Both the position numbers and the translations under genes were made by a program. This document shows, piece after piece, positions 27,171-38,800 of a stretch of DNA of 64,000 bases (positions are counted from its first letter, which is position 1; each line of letters begins with the position of its first letter). This stretch comes from Octopus sinensis (Eukaryota), in the NCBI RefSeq assembly GCF_006345805.1, contig NC_043026.1:1860001-1924000 (forward strand). The letters are read 5' to 3'. The notes beneath the pieces were generated by a model that was given only the letters and a program-made list of their open reading frames with translations, was not told where the DNA came from and made no database searches.

Positions 27171-27212
27171 TGACCCCAGTTGACCCCAGTTGACCCCAGT
27201 TGACCCCAGTTG
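27171..27212. repeat. 10-bp tandem repeat (TGACCCCAGT)x4
   Basis: Four perfect copies starting at 27171, 27181, 27191 and 27201. Confidence 0.95.
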
Positions 27213-28916
27213 TTTCGTAGCACAACTTTGTCTTGCTGCGATTGATGAAAAGGCCGTTAAATTAATTTGCAAGTGCAGATAGAGATCAGCACTTCTTTAC
27301 AAGGACAGCTGCATAAATAAGTGCTGAGCTCTAATCGTGGAGGGCACGTGTGGAGAGGCTAAACGCAGGAAGCCATAAGATATTAAGTAAACGAGTCTGA
27401 TGGAGGTGATTAGAAGTGACCAAGACTTGTGGGGACATTAATGGGCTTGATAAGACATGATTCCAAGCGAAGTGAAATTGTAGTTGAGGCCAGTGCTGAT
27501 AACATGTGAAAGTGACACTTGTGAGGCACCCGTGCTGGTGATTTGCAAAAGACAGCCATGCAAGTGACACACAAAGACACCTGAGCTGGTGACATGTAAT
27601 TGGCACCTGTGTTGGTGACACATTAAATGCACCTGTGCCAGTGACGCATAAAAGCCATCCCGTACACTATCTGGAGTATTTGTGTCTGTGTCTGTGTTTG
27701 TTCCCTACCATCACTTGAAAACTGGTATTGGTATGTTAATGTCCCTGTAACTTAGCAGTTCAGCAAAAGATACTGAAAAAATATGTACCAGACTATTTAA
27801 GAAAAGAAAGATAAGTACTGGTGTCAATTGATTCAACAAAAAGTTCTTCCAGGAGGTGCCCCAGCATGGCCACAGTTTAATGACTGAAACAAGTAAAAGA
27901 TAAAGGATAACAGATATCTCCTTTGGTTGGTGGTGGAGGTGGTGGAGGTGTTGTCAGTTTGGGACTCCCCAAGCTCAGACGTATGCAGAAATGGTGCATA
28001 TTCTGAATACTGGGTATGGACTGGCAGTCAGCCATGGTCATTGGTGCAAAAATACCATGCAAAGATGACGACTACAATAAAAACTGGCGATCACTGCAGA
28101 AAGCAACAAGGTGTAAGCATGGCTAGGTTAAAAAAAACTTGCTTTGAAATCATATGGTTTTGGGTTCAGTCCCACTGCATGGCACCTTGGGCAAGTGTCT
28201 TCTACTATAGCCACAGTCCGACTAATGACCATTGAGGAGATCTGGTACATGGAAACTTTGTGGAAGCCATTCATAATTGGCACTCTGTTGGTTCTGATGA
28301 CAAGGGTTCCAGTTGATTCAATCATGAAATTGATGTGCAAGTGGCTGAGTACTCCACAGACACAAGTACCTTTAACTTAGTACTGAGGGAACGCAGTGAG
28401 TGGCATGGCTGGCTCTATGAATTACAGCTAAAACTCATTTTTGCCAGCTGAGTGGACTGGAGCAACATGAAAAATGTGTCTTGCTCAAGGTCACAATGCA
28501 TTGGCAGGAACTGAACTCATGACCTTGTGATTGTGACCAGAATACCCTAACCACTAAGCCATGTGCCTTCACTAAGCCCATTGTACACACACACACACAC
28601 GTGTGTGTGTGTGTGTCTCATTGTCTGCTTCTTCCCCCACATTGGCTTGGCAATGCATGCTTGTTTGTTTATGTTGCCATAACTTAGCAGTTTGCTAAAA
28701 GAAACTGATAAAATAAATACCAGGCTTAAAAATAAGATTTGTTGAACTAAAAACACCACAGAGTGGTGCTGTAGCACAGTCAAATGGTTGAAACAAGTGA
28801 AAGAATAAGAGAACTATCTAAAGTCAACATGCACAAATAATGTGGATCCCAAATTGGTTTGCATGCAACTCATCCCTTGATTGGGAAAGTGGACATCTAA
28901 GATTATTCTGGTTTAA

Positions 28917-29415
28917 GAACCCCTCAAAACTTTTTTCATTTTTTGGTATTTTCTGAAAATGTTTGCGAATTTGTGTCCTACATAAGGGAATTCATACTAT
29001 AATGCAGAAAAAAGAAAAAAAATCTTTTATAAAAAAAGGGTGGTATAGCTGCTATTTTAGCTCATCTCATGACCACTTGACACCTTCCTTGTTTCTTTAT
29101 CACTCTGATATGTATCGATGTTTTTCAATATTTTTCTCCCCAGAAACATATTTAATGGATTGATTATGCATCCAAGGGAGGTCCATAGCTGGGATTTGAG
29201 CAAAAATTCAGACTGTCCGTATTTTAAACTCTGATTTAAAAAAAAAATTCGAAAAGGAGTGGAACTTTTAGGATTTATGGTGAGGAAGGGTTAAAAATGA
29301 CAAAAAAAAATTTATAACCTCATAAATTCTCGTGTGTAGAACACAAATTCGCAAAAAACTTTCTGAAACTTTCCCAAAACAGAAAAAGTTATGAGGGCTT
29401 ATAGGGGGGGGGGGC
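28917..29415. mobile_element. Non-autonomous DNA transposon (MITE) bounded by TTAA
   Basis: Imperfect ~70-bp subterminal inverted repeats (CCCTCA.AACTTTTT...TTTGCGAATTTGTGT.CTACA), with TTAA at 28913-16 and 29416-19 (piggyBac/Kolobok-type target). Confidence 0.55.
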
Positions 29416-29799
29416 TTAAACAAGGATTCCGTCGACTATATAACCATTTTTCAGAATCGTCCGAAAATCAGAAAGAGTGAAATGCTTAGCGGTATTTCGT
29501 CTGCCGTTACGTTCTGAGTTCAAATTCCACCGAGGTCGACTTTGCCTTTCATCCTTTCGAGGTCGATAAATTAAGTACCAGTTACGCACTGGGGTCGATG
29601 TAATCGACTCAACCCGTTTGTCTGTCTCCTCTATGTTTATCACCTTGTCGGTAGTAAAGAAATAGGTTTGCGAACTTTATGCTTTCAGTGAAATATTGCA
29701 AGTGCCTCGTGTTTCCCTCCACGACACACGTGCTTCCATCCAGCCATTCGTTGTGTGTTATATTTTCAAGACCTCTCTTGTCTGAAGTTAAATTAAGGT

Positions 29800-31560
29800 G
29801 ACATTGAAGCTGTTTTTCTTTCCCCCTCTCTCTCTCTCTCTCCATTACTTTCCCTCCCACCAATCCTTCTCTATCTCTCCCTCCCTTAGTCTAGCAATTT
29901 GCACTTTCCGTCTCTCTCTCTCTCTCTCTCCTCCTAGCTTTCCCTTCCTATTTACACTTTCCCACTCTCATTCTTCACATTTACTCTCCTCCCCTTCTCA
30001 CTCTCTCCGCCTTTTTTACTTTTCTACTTTCGATATTTACTTTCTCCCCTTTCTTTCTCTCTACCTTTTACTATTTTTCTATCCACTTCGTCTCTCCCTC
30101 TCAATCTCATATCCAGTTTCCTGCTTTCCTCTCTTCTTCTCTCTCTCTATCCCTCTACCTTTTACTATGTTTCTATCCGCTTCGTCTCTCCCCTTCTTTC
30201 TCTCTAATATTCACTTCCTCTCTTTTCTTCCTTCCTTCCTCACTTTCCTTTACTATTTTCCTATCTACTTCGTCTCTCTCTCTTCTGTTCCTCTCCATCT
30301 CCCTTACTCCAGTCCTAATGTTGCAATGCAATACGCGGCAAAAGCCGACCATCACCGCTGCCGCCGCTGCCGCCGCCCTTCCCTCGCTCACCTTCCTCCT
30401 ACCGCAGTCAGTACCGCTGCACCAAAACACTATCCTGCTGCGGCGGCGGCGGGTGTCCTTACCCTCCCCTTCCTAACTCCAATTTTTCCTCTTCCTCATC
30501 CTGCAACCTCCCCCTCTCTCTTTTAACTTCTAGTTGTTACACCTCCTCCTCCTCAACGGTTCTCTAATTGCTTTGCTGCCAATATAACTACTTCCAACTC
30601 CTCTCCCTCTACATATTATTTATTTTGCCCATTTCTCCTCTATCTTTCTCTTTCACACACGTTGCTTCACCTTTTATTATTTTTATGTCTTGTAATAATG
30701 TTCTTCCTCTCTTACCATCATTCTAAATGCTGCATCTCTAATGCCTTCCTCTCTTTCTCCTCATCCCTTCTACTATTCTTGCGCAACTCCCATGCTAAGT
30801 TCTCCTTCTCTAAAAACTCATCCTCTTTTGAATTCATTGCTCTTTCTCTTTCTTGCGCAACCCACACACTAAATTCTGCTTCTCTAAAACTTCCTCTTTT
30901 TAATTCATTGCTCTCTCTCTTCTCTGCCCCTGCTACTCTTGCATAACTCACACTCTAAGTTCTGCTTATCTAAAGACTTCCCCTCTTTCTATTTCTCGAT
31001 TCTCTCTCCGTCTCCTCCTCTGCCCCTGCAACTCTTGTGCATCCCCTACGTTACCTTCTGTTTTTCTAAAGAACTTCCCCCTTTCGCTTTTATAGCTCTT
31101 TCTCCTTCTCCCCCGCTACTCTTGTGCAACTCTTACGTGCACTCCCCTCCCTCTAAAGAGTCGCACCTCTTTCTCATTCACATCCTTCTATACTCCTCCT
31201 CCCCCTCACCATTACCACAACTACTTTCAGATCACTTCCCCCTCTCTTCCTCCCTATCTTTTATTTACTCGATTACTCTTTCTCTTTCTCCTCTGTCACT
31301 CTTACTCTTGCGCAACTCACATGTTACATTCTGCTCCTCTAAAAACTTCCCCTCTTTATAATTCATTGCATTTTTCTCTGTCTTACTCCATCTCTCTTTC
31401 TCCCTCCCCCTCTCTCGTCTTAACACTCTTGCTCCTCATCCCCTCCCTTTCTCTGTTCTTCATATATTTTCCCCAACCATCCATCTCCACCAAGCGCTTC
31501 TCCTCCTCCTGCTCCTCTGCAAACATTCACCACCCTCTCCAACCGTGCCTCTCCAACCGT
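29800..31560. repeat. ~1.8-kb CT-rich (polypyrimidine) low-complexity tract with an embedded GC-rich island and a degenerate ~75-95-bp repeat
   Basis: Seen directly; it explains the SL/F-rich and ER-rich ORFs. Confidence 0.85.
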
Positions 31561-31846
31561 TCCTCTGCTGCTGCTGCAGTTGTCTGAGGAGTCAAAGAAG
31601 ACGAGAACCATCATTCGGCGTTTAAGGGTCCCAGCTAATCCGGCAGTCGATCCTTCGTGGTTTTTCAAAGACACATCAACACGTTTATAAAGGAACACTT
31701 GCGGCACAAAGAACAGACGGCGGCTCACATTTGCAATACATAAAAATACGTTCATTTATAATTTATAAATATATTTCTACTTTTTGTGTCGTCCTGAAAC
31801 AACTTCGCCAAATTCTTTTAAGTCGGTCAGCGAAAGTATTGAAGTG
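31560..31846 (+). promoter_or_regulatory. CpG-rich proximal promoter/5' UTR of the CoA-transferase gene
   Basis: CpG-dense and TE-free relative to the background. TATAAATA at 31764-31771 lies about 75 nt upstream of the ATG, and ATTTGCAAT (C/EBP-like) is at ~31729-31737. Confidence 0.5.
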
Positions 31847-32048
31847 ATGTCGTCTCTGAGAGTTCTAAACCGGCTTGTGGGCCGCTACCATCCCAAGATC
31901 GCATCAAATGGGGTATGTGGGGCCAGCAGAGCCAGTTGGGCTATTACTAGGGGTTTCTATGCCGGCACGATGGAACCGTTCCACCCGTACCCGGAACGCG
32001 AACAGAACTGGGTGTCCGCCGAAGAAGCCGTCTCAGTCGTTAAATCAG
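31847..32048 (+). CDS. Exon 1 (coding) of an acetyl-CoA hydrolase/CoA-transferase family gene (4-hydroxybutyrate CoA-transferase / acetate:succinate CoA-transferase-like), with predicted mitochondrial presequence
   Basis: ATG at 31847 gives MSSLRVLNRLVGRYHPKIASNGVCGASRASWAITRGFYAGTMEPFHPYPEREQNWVSAEEAVSVVKSG. The first 41 aa are Arg-rich with no acidic residues. W-x-SAEEAVS-x-x-KSG is the typical N-terminus of this family. The donor is CAG|GTAAGT at 32048/32049 (phase 1), in frame with exon 2. Confidence 0.88.
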
Positions 32049-32501
32049 GTAAGTTACGATACATACACACATATAAGTATATATATATATATTATATATA
32101 TATATATAATATATATATATATATATAGCATGTATATATGATAGGATGTGTGTGAGTGTGTGTTGCAAACGGGTACCTTTACTTGCGATCGCTACTCCCA
32201 GTTTCATGTTTCCATTTTTGCCATCTGACGATCGGAAATGTGAGCCTGAAAGAAAAAAACATCCCAAAAAAGCAAGAACAAAGGCCTTCTAAGGTTACTA
32301 GTTTCAGTTTTCAATGTATGTATGTATAAATTATTTATAATCGACAACAGAGTGACTCGAGGGCCGGGAGTTCGTGTATGCACACACGCACACTCACATT
32401 CATTATTCTCTCCTTGTCGTTTTTCTAAACAAACATAAAACAATAAATACACACACATATATATATATATATACATACATAGATACATACATACATACAT
32501 T

Positions 32502-32580
<79 letters not shown>

Positions 32581-33193
32581 TACGTACGTACACATTATAA
32601 ATACATAAATATATATATGTGTATAGACGCCTCATACATTCATACATACCTATAAATTTGTATATATATATATAGCCGCATATCTATAAATAAGTACAGA
32701 AATGATGATGACGTGTAAGTGGCTGAATATTCCTCAGCCGGAATTAGTATGAATAGCACTGTGTGTGTGAGAGGGAGAGAGAGAAGGCTGGCCTTTTGAA
32801 TCCCTTGTACAATCCATGGTCCTTCCATTCGATTTCTGTCAACGCAGTTTCATTCACAATGCTTGGGTCGACCAGAAGTTAGGTTATAAGACCGAGAAGC
32901 CGTACAGGGTGTTCAAATCCTGGACCTTCTCATGGTTGGAAAGTGAAATTGTTAACCATTCGGCTCTATCAGCATCTAATTAAACATCTCTGATTGTTTC
33001 AAATTTTAAAACAGGGCCAGCAATTTTCAGTGGAGGGGGTTAACCGATTACCCGATCCCATTACACAACCGGCACTTATTTTATTGGTCACAGACGTATG
33101 AAAAGCAATGTTGACCTCGACGTAATTTGAACTCAGAATCTAAAGAGCCTGAAGAAATGCCGCCAAATAGTTTGTCCAACACGCTAACCATCA

Positions 33194-33293
33194 NNNNNNN
33201 NNNNNNNNNNNNNNNNNNNNNNNNNNNNNNNNNNNNNNNNNNNNNNNNNNNNNNNNNNNNNNNNNNNNNNNNNNNNNNNNNNNNNNNNNNNNN
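33194..33293. other. Assembly gap (100 N)
   Basis: A run of exactly 100 N, so the true length of intron 1 is uncertain. Confidence 0.99.
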
Positions 33294-33709
33294 CACACAC
33301 TGTCTTAGCAATCCGAAATACCTCAGCTCTTTCGTCCAATACCTCAGTTCTTTGGACCAAAGAACTGAGGTATATATATATATGTTGTATGTATGTATGT
33401 ATGAATATATGTATGTATCTATGTATGTATATATGTATGTATGTATGAATAGTATATATATAAATATGTGTGTGTGTGTATATATTCAATTCTTTACCAA
33501 GAATAGTATTGACAGTGAGTTTGAAGTTCCAGCCAGCTCAGCCATCATCAGTCTCTCCGATGGTAGTTTAGTATTGAAGCCACTTTCAATTCTATTTTTG
33601 TTAAGAATAATAAATTTGTCTAACATCAAATGGATTGAGCAATCATCCTTCATTTTAATGTAAAATTGTTTTTATTATAACATAAAAACAAACATAAGTG
33701 TGTGTGTGG

Positions 33710-33740
<31 letters not shown>

Positions 33741-34096
33741 TGTGTATATATAATTCAATTGTCACTAAAAGTGATTAAGTGTGCATTGTGTATGCCCACT
33801 TAAACATTGGGTATTTGCCCTAAAAAGTGAGTGTTTAATGGATTAGAGCCCTCATCTGCTGTCTGAGGGGTTTGGGATTCAATTCCTGTAGTTAGGCAGC
33901 TGGTAACTTTTTTCCGTCTTCTAAGCTAAATACCCAAAGTTTTCATAACTATTCTGCATTCAAAATTTTCCTTTGTTGTCTGTAAAATACACATTTGGCA
34001 CTTCCAAAGTTTGATTATAAAACATATGTCAGTGCACAATCATTTAGGCATATATGTATGTATGTAGATATACATTCAACTTTCTTTCTTTCTATG

Positions 34097-34147
<51 letters not shown>

Positions 34148-34984
34148 GTATTTGTATACACACACACACACACATATATAGATTAGCAGATGTACCAAGT
34201 GTTGTTTGGGTTGACTAATGTGTGAAAGTAATGTGAGACAGAAACATGTAATTTGAGGGACAGTTAGGCACTATGTCAGTCAGGCACTGTATCAGAACAT
34301 GTCTTGCTGACATTTGAAGCTCTTGATTGTTTTGTTCACACATTTATATAAACATATGTACATAAGATGACGGGGTGTGGTTTGCTGGAAATTTGGCTGC
34401 TGTTTCTATAGTTTTGGGATGCCTTGCAGGGGTTCACTCATTGGTTGAGACAGCAAGGTTATATTTTGAGGGAGAATTGGATGCTATTTTTAGCAGGTGT
34501 AGCTACAGTGTGGATTTTTGGCTCATACATATTATGCATTTACACATTAGCTAACAGATGTGGCAAGAAAGAAATTTGGTTGCTATGTCTGTCAGGCCAA
34601 GATAAAGACTCCATTACTGGCTTCCGCTTGTACAAGATGTGATTTGAGGGTGATTTAGCTATTTTTGTAGCAGATCAATTTACCTCACAGCGTTTTCCAT
34701 TGTTGGACTGTTCATAAAACATGATTTAAGGGAAATTTGGTTGTAGCAAGACCTGCTATTTCTAGCTACAACATAGAGAAACACCTCATACATAATGAGA
34801 AATTTTTGCTAGAAGGGGTTTAATCCCTTTGGTGTACAGAGATAAAATTGAAAGTTGTGAAGGATTTCACTGTGATGAGGGTCTTTTAGTTTTATCTCAG
34901 TAGAAACATGGCTGGGAATTGAAAAGAACACCTGGTATACTAAATATTTGTTCACACTGGCCTTCTTATAATCGTGTCTGATCA

Positions 34985-35665
34985 GTATATATATGTATGC
35001 ATGCATGCATGTATGTATGTGTGTGTATGTATGTATGTATGTATGCATGTGTGTATGTATGTATGCATGTATGTATGCATGTATGTATGTATGTATGTAT
35101 GTATGTGTGTGTGTATGTATGTATGTATGTATGTGTGTATGTATGTATGTATGTATGTATGTATGTATGTATGTATACATGTATGCATGTATGTATGTAT
35201 ACATGTATGTATGTATGTATGTATGTATGTATACATGTATGTATGTATGTATGTGTGTATGTATGTATGCATGTATGTATGCATGTATGTATGTATGTAT
35301 GTATGTATGTGTGTATGTATGTATGCATGTATGTATGCATGTATGTATGTATGTATGTATGCATGCATGCATGTATGTATGTATGTATGTATGATGTATG
35401 TATGTATGTATGTATGTATTTGTATACATGTATGTATGTATGGATGTATGTATGTATGATACATGTTGTATGTGTATGTATGTATGTATGTCTGCATGTA
35501 TGTATGCATGTATGTATGTATGTATGTATGTATGCATGCATGTATGTATGTATGTATGTATGTATGTATGTATACATGTATGTATGTATGTATGTATGTA
35601 TGTATGTATACATGTATGTATGTATGTATGTATGTATGTATGTATGTATGTATGTATGTATGTAC
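34985..35665. repeat. ~0.7-kb (TATG)n microsatellite with CATG/TACA variants
   Basis: Seen directly; it is the source of the long YIHT/MYVC ORFs. Confidence 0.97.
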
Positions 35666-35765
35666 ATATGTGCCTGCAGACACACACACACACTTTATTT
35701 GTGGGTTAACTTGGCTACTAATGCAGTGTTGAACACTCATTCTCATTGTTTGATATTAGCATGTG

Positions 35766-35809
<44 letters not shown>

Positions 35810-38800
35810 AATAAGTATATATATTATATCTCACACACACACACACACATATATATATATACATATATACGACAGGCTTCTTTCAGTTTCCGTCTACCAA
35901 ATCCACTCACAAGGCATTGGTCGACCCGGGGCTATAGCAGAAGACACTTGCCCAAGATGCCACGCAGTGGGACTGAACCCGGAACCATGTGGTTGGTTAG
36001 CAAGCTACTTACCACACAGCCACTCCTGCACCTATGTATATATATATTTTAATATATATGTATATATATGTATATATATGTCCCAGATATGAAGGTAAAA
36101 ATAAAATATTTCCACTTTGCAAGGTTTGAGTCAAGTACTCCCTTGCACGCTCCGTTGACTCGAACCTTGCTTCTATTGTGGCAAATTTACCACCTCTGGT
36201 TAGATACTTGATATCTTTCATAGTCGCACCAAGACACTTTTCGATGGTGCTTTACTCTAGGTGTTCAATTTTTTTCTCTACATTGTATACTTTATAGACA
36301 ATAGTCTTTTCTTTAATTTAATTTTTTATTTCGTTTGGTGGTGTTATCCTAGATTCACCATCTTTGTCGGTGATCAATCTGTATTTCTTCCATTTTAATT
36401 TCAATGAGTTCGCGCCCACCGACGGCTGCAGCGAAATTCATCTTCGGACTTTCTTCTATCGAAGGCATACTCACAAAAATGCTTCCGTGTAAACGGCGAA
36501 AATATTTTCAATTTCCCCATACAGGGACACAATTAATTTTTAAACAATAACCAAAGCTCCTTCTCCCAAAGGGGGAGGGTTACAGTTTACAATTATTTAA
36601 TAAATGCAACACAACAATGTTTCCCTTACGAGGAACCAACAAACGTGATTACAATAGTCAAACAGTAATAATAATAACAACAAACCTTTTCCATTTATAT
36701 ATATATGTGTGTATATATATATATATATATAGTTGCAAATTGAGATAGGGGTTGTAAATGCAACCCTCCATGGGATAACATATATCCAATATACTGCCAG
36801 TGAAGTACCCAACAAAGTTAATACATAAATGTTAATAATTGCGATGCAATTAATTCATCTACTGAATTATATGGGCAAAGGTAAAATGTTTTACCACAAA
36901 TTCATAATACAAAATAAGAAAATGGAGAAATACATCCAAATCAAATTAGATTGGATGTATTTCTCCATTTTCTTATTTTGTATATATATATATATCATCA
37001 TCATCATCGCTAAACGATGATGATATATATATACACACGTGTATAATCATTATCAGATGGAGCACGTTGAGATGGATTTTCTTTGGCTGCATGCTCTTCC
37101 TGTCACCAACCCTCATCTGTTACGAAGTGAAGTAATATTAATCCATTACCTGATATGATTTTCACAAAAGACTGGAAATGAATGGTAGGGTTTGTATGAC
37201 TGTGACAATTATTTTACAACTATCACATGATATCCAAACAAGGACACACACACACTCAAACATATCTACATACACACATACAATACATACATTCATAGAT
37301 ATACATACATTCGCACACATGTATGTGAGCATTGTTTAATCTGTTGGAGACATTTTATGGTGCTGATTGACAACCTTAAACCAATTCATAATCTTCATTG
37401 TTGGAAGTCAGTCTTTCCTTGTTGTGTCCTATGAATCCACATTCTCCACAAATGAATCATTTGAAGTAGGTTCTTGTTGGTGCCTCTATTTAAGACCCAC
37501 ATGAAATTGAGCACGTTGCTTCCGTCTACTCATTCCTAAAACACTCTTCTCTATTCATTTGACTTTTTTATTTTCAATTAAAAACTTTTTTTGTTTGATA
37601 GGATATGAGACTGTCACCTGCCTCAGTTGAAACTTCTGTTGGTGCACAAACTATCGGCCAGTGGGAACCATGGATACAACTGTGATTATAGGATATTTTG
37701 TGAACATAATAAATAACCTGTTATCTTATTGACACCTGAGTAGAGGTAATAAGGTTCAATCTAATCAATAAAAGATTGATAGCACTCTATCTTTTACTTG
37801 TTTCAGTCATTAAACTGCGGTCATGCTGGAGCACCACCTTGAAGAACTTTTAGTTGAATGTGCTTAATTTTTCTTTGCTAAACTTGGTACTTATTCGCTT
37901 GGTCTCTTTTGGTCAAACTGCTAACTTAAAGGGACGTAAACACACTAGCACTGGTTGGCAAATGGTGGTGGTGGTGGTAGTGCACAAACACAAAGACACA
38001 CACACAGTCATAAGACCTGGCAGGACAAGTGAGACCATAACCTGTGGCCTTTACATGGGATGTAGCCAGTCCACTTATGCATACCTTTCCTTCTTGGGAC
38101 ACAAAACTCTGCTTGTAAAGACCTGTTCAGTGAAATCGAAATCGATCAAAAATCAATGGAAATTGTAGTTGTGATACCAGTGCCGGTGGCATGTAAAAGA
38201 ACCATCCGAACGTGGCCGTTGCCAGCGTCGCCCCAACTGGCCTCTGTGCCAGTGGCATGTAAAAAGCACCAACCGATCATGGCTGTTGCCAGCCTCACCT
38301 GGCACATAAAAAGCACCCACTATACTCACGGAGTGGTTGGCATTCCAGCTGTAGAAACACTGCCAGATCAGACTGGAGCCTGGTGCTGCTTCTTGGCTTC
38401 CCAGACCCCAGTCGAACTGTCCAACCCATGCTAGCATGGAAAACGGACGTTAAACGATGATGATGATGATGATGATGATAGATATATATATGATGAGCTT
38501 CTTCCATTTTCTGTCTACCAAATCCACTCCCAAAGGTGTCACCAAGTGGGACTTATTCCCAGAGCCATGTGGTTAGGAAGCAAGCTTCCTATCACACAGC
38601 CACACCTGTATAACAAAGTTAAAACTTTTTGTCTTCACTCAATAAGTGTTATTTCCTATTTGCTTTGGTCTAGAAATCAAAGGAAATGACTACTATAAAC
38701 TTTGCTTCTATGACCTGGACATCAATGTTTTGAAACTGACCTATTTTCCATTATATTTCAAGCAGATTTTCCATTATATTTCAAGCAGATTTTCTTGTCA

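Noticed and set aside
27290-27480. Apparent enhancer with CACGTG/CAGCTG motifs
   Set aside because: The sequence matches the RTE C-terminal coding region (GACAGCTGC.TAAA.AAGTGC...GTGGAGGG.AC.TGTGGA), so the motifs are incidental.
31420-31755. 111-aa minus ORF head-to-head with exon 1
   Set aside because: Low-complexity GA-rich C-terminus and no domain; treated only as part of the possible divergent transcript.
33520-33560. CUGAUGA motif on the minus strand as a hammerhead
   Set aside because: GAAA is replaced by GGAA and no stem III/NUH can form.
201-35746. Many long ORFs rich in YI, HT, VC, MYVC or SL
   Set aside because: They are translations of (TA)n, (CA)n, (TATG)n and (CT)n microsatellites, not genes.
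36395-36455. CCGAAGA…GAAA hairpin on the minus strand as a hammerhead
   Set aside because: A stem-II-like hairpin is present, but stems I and III are absent.
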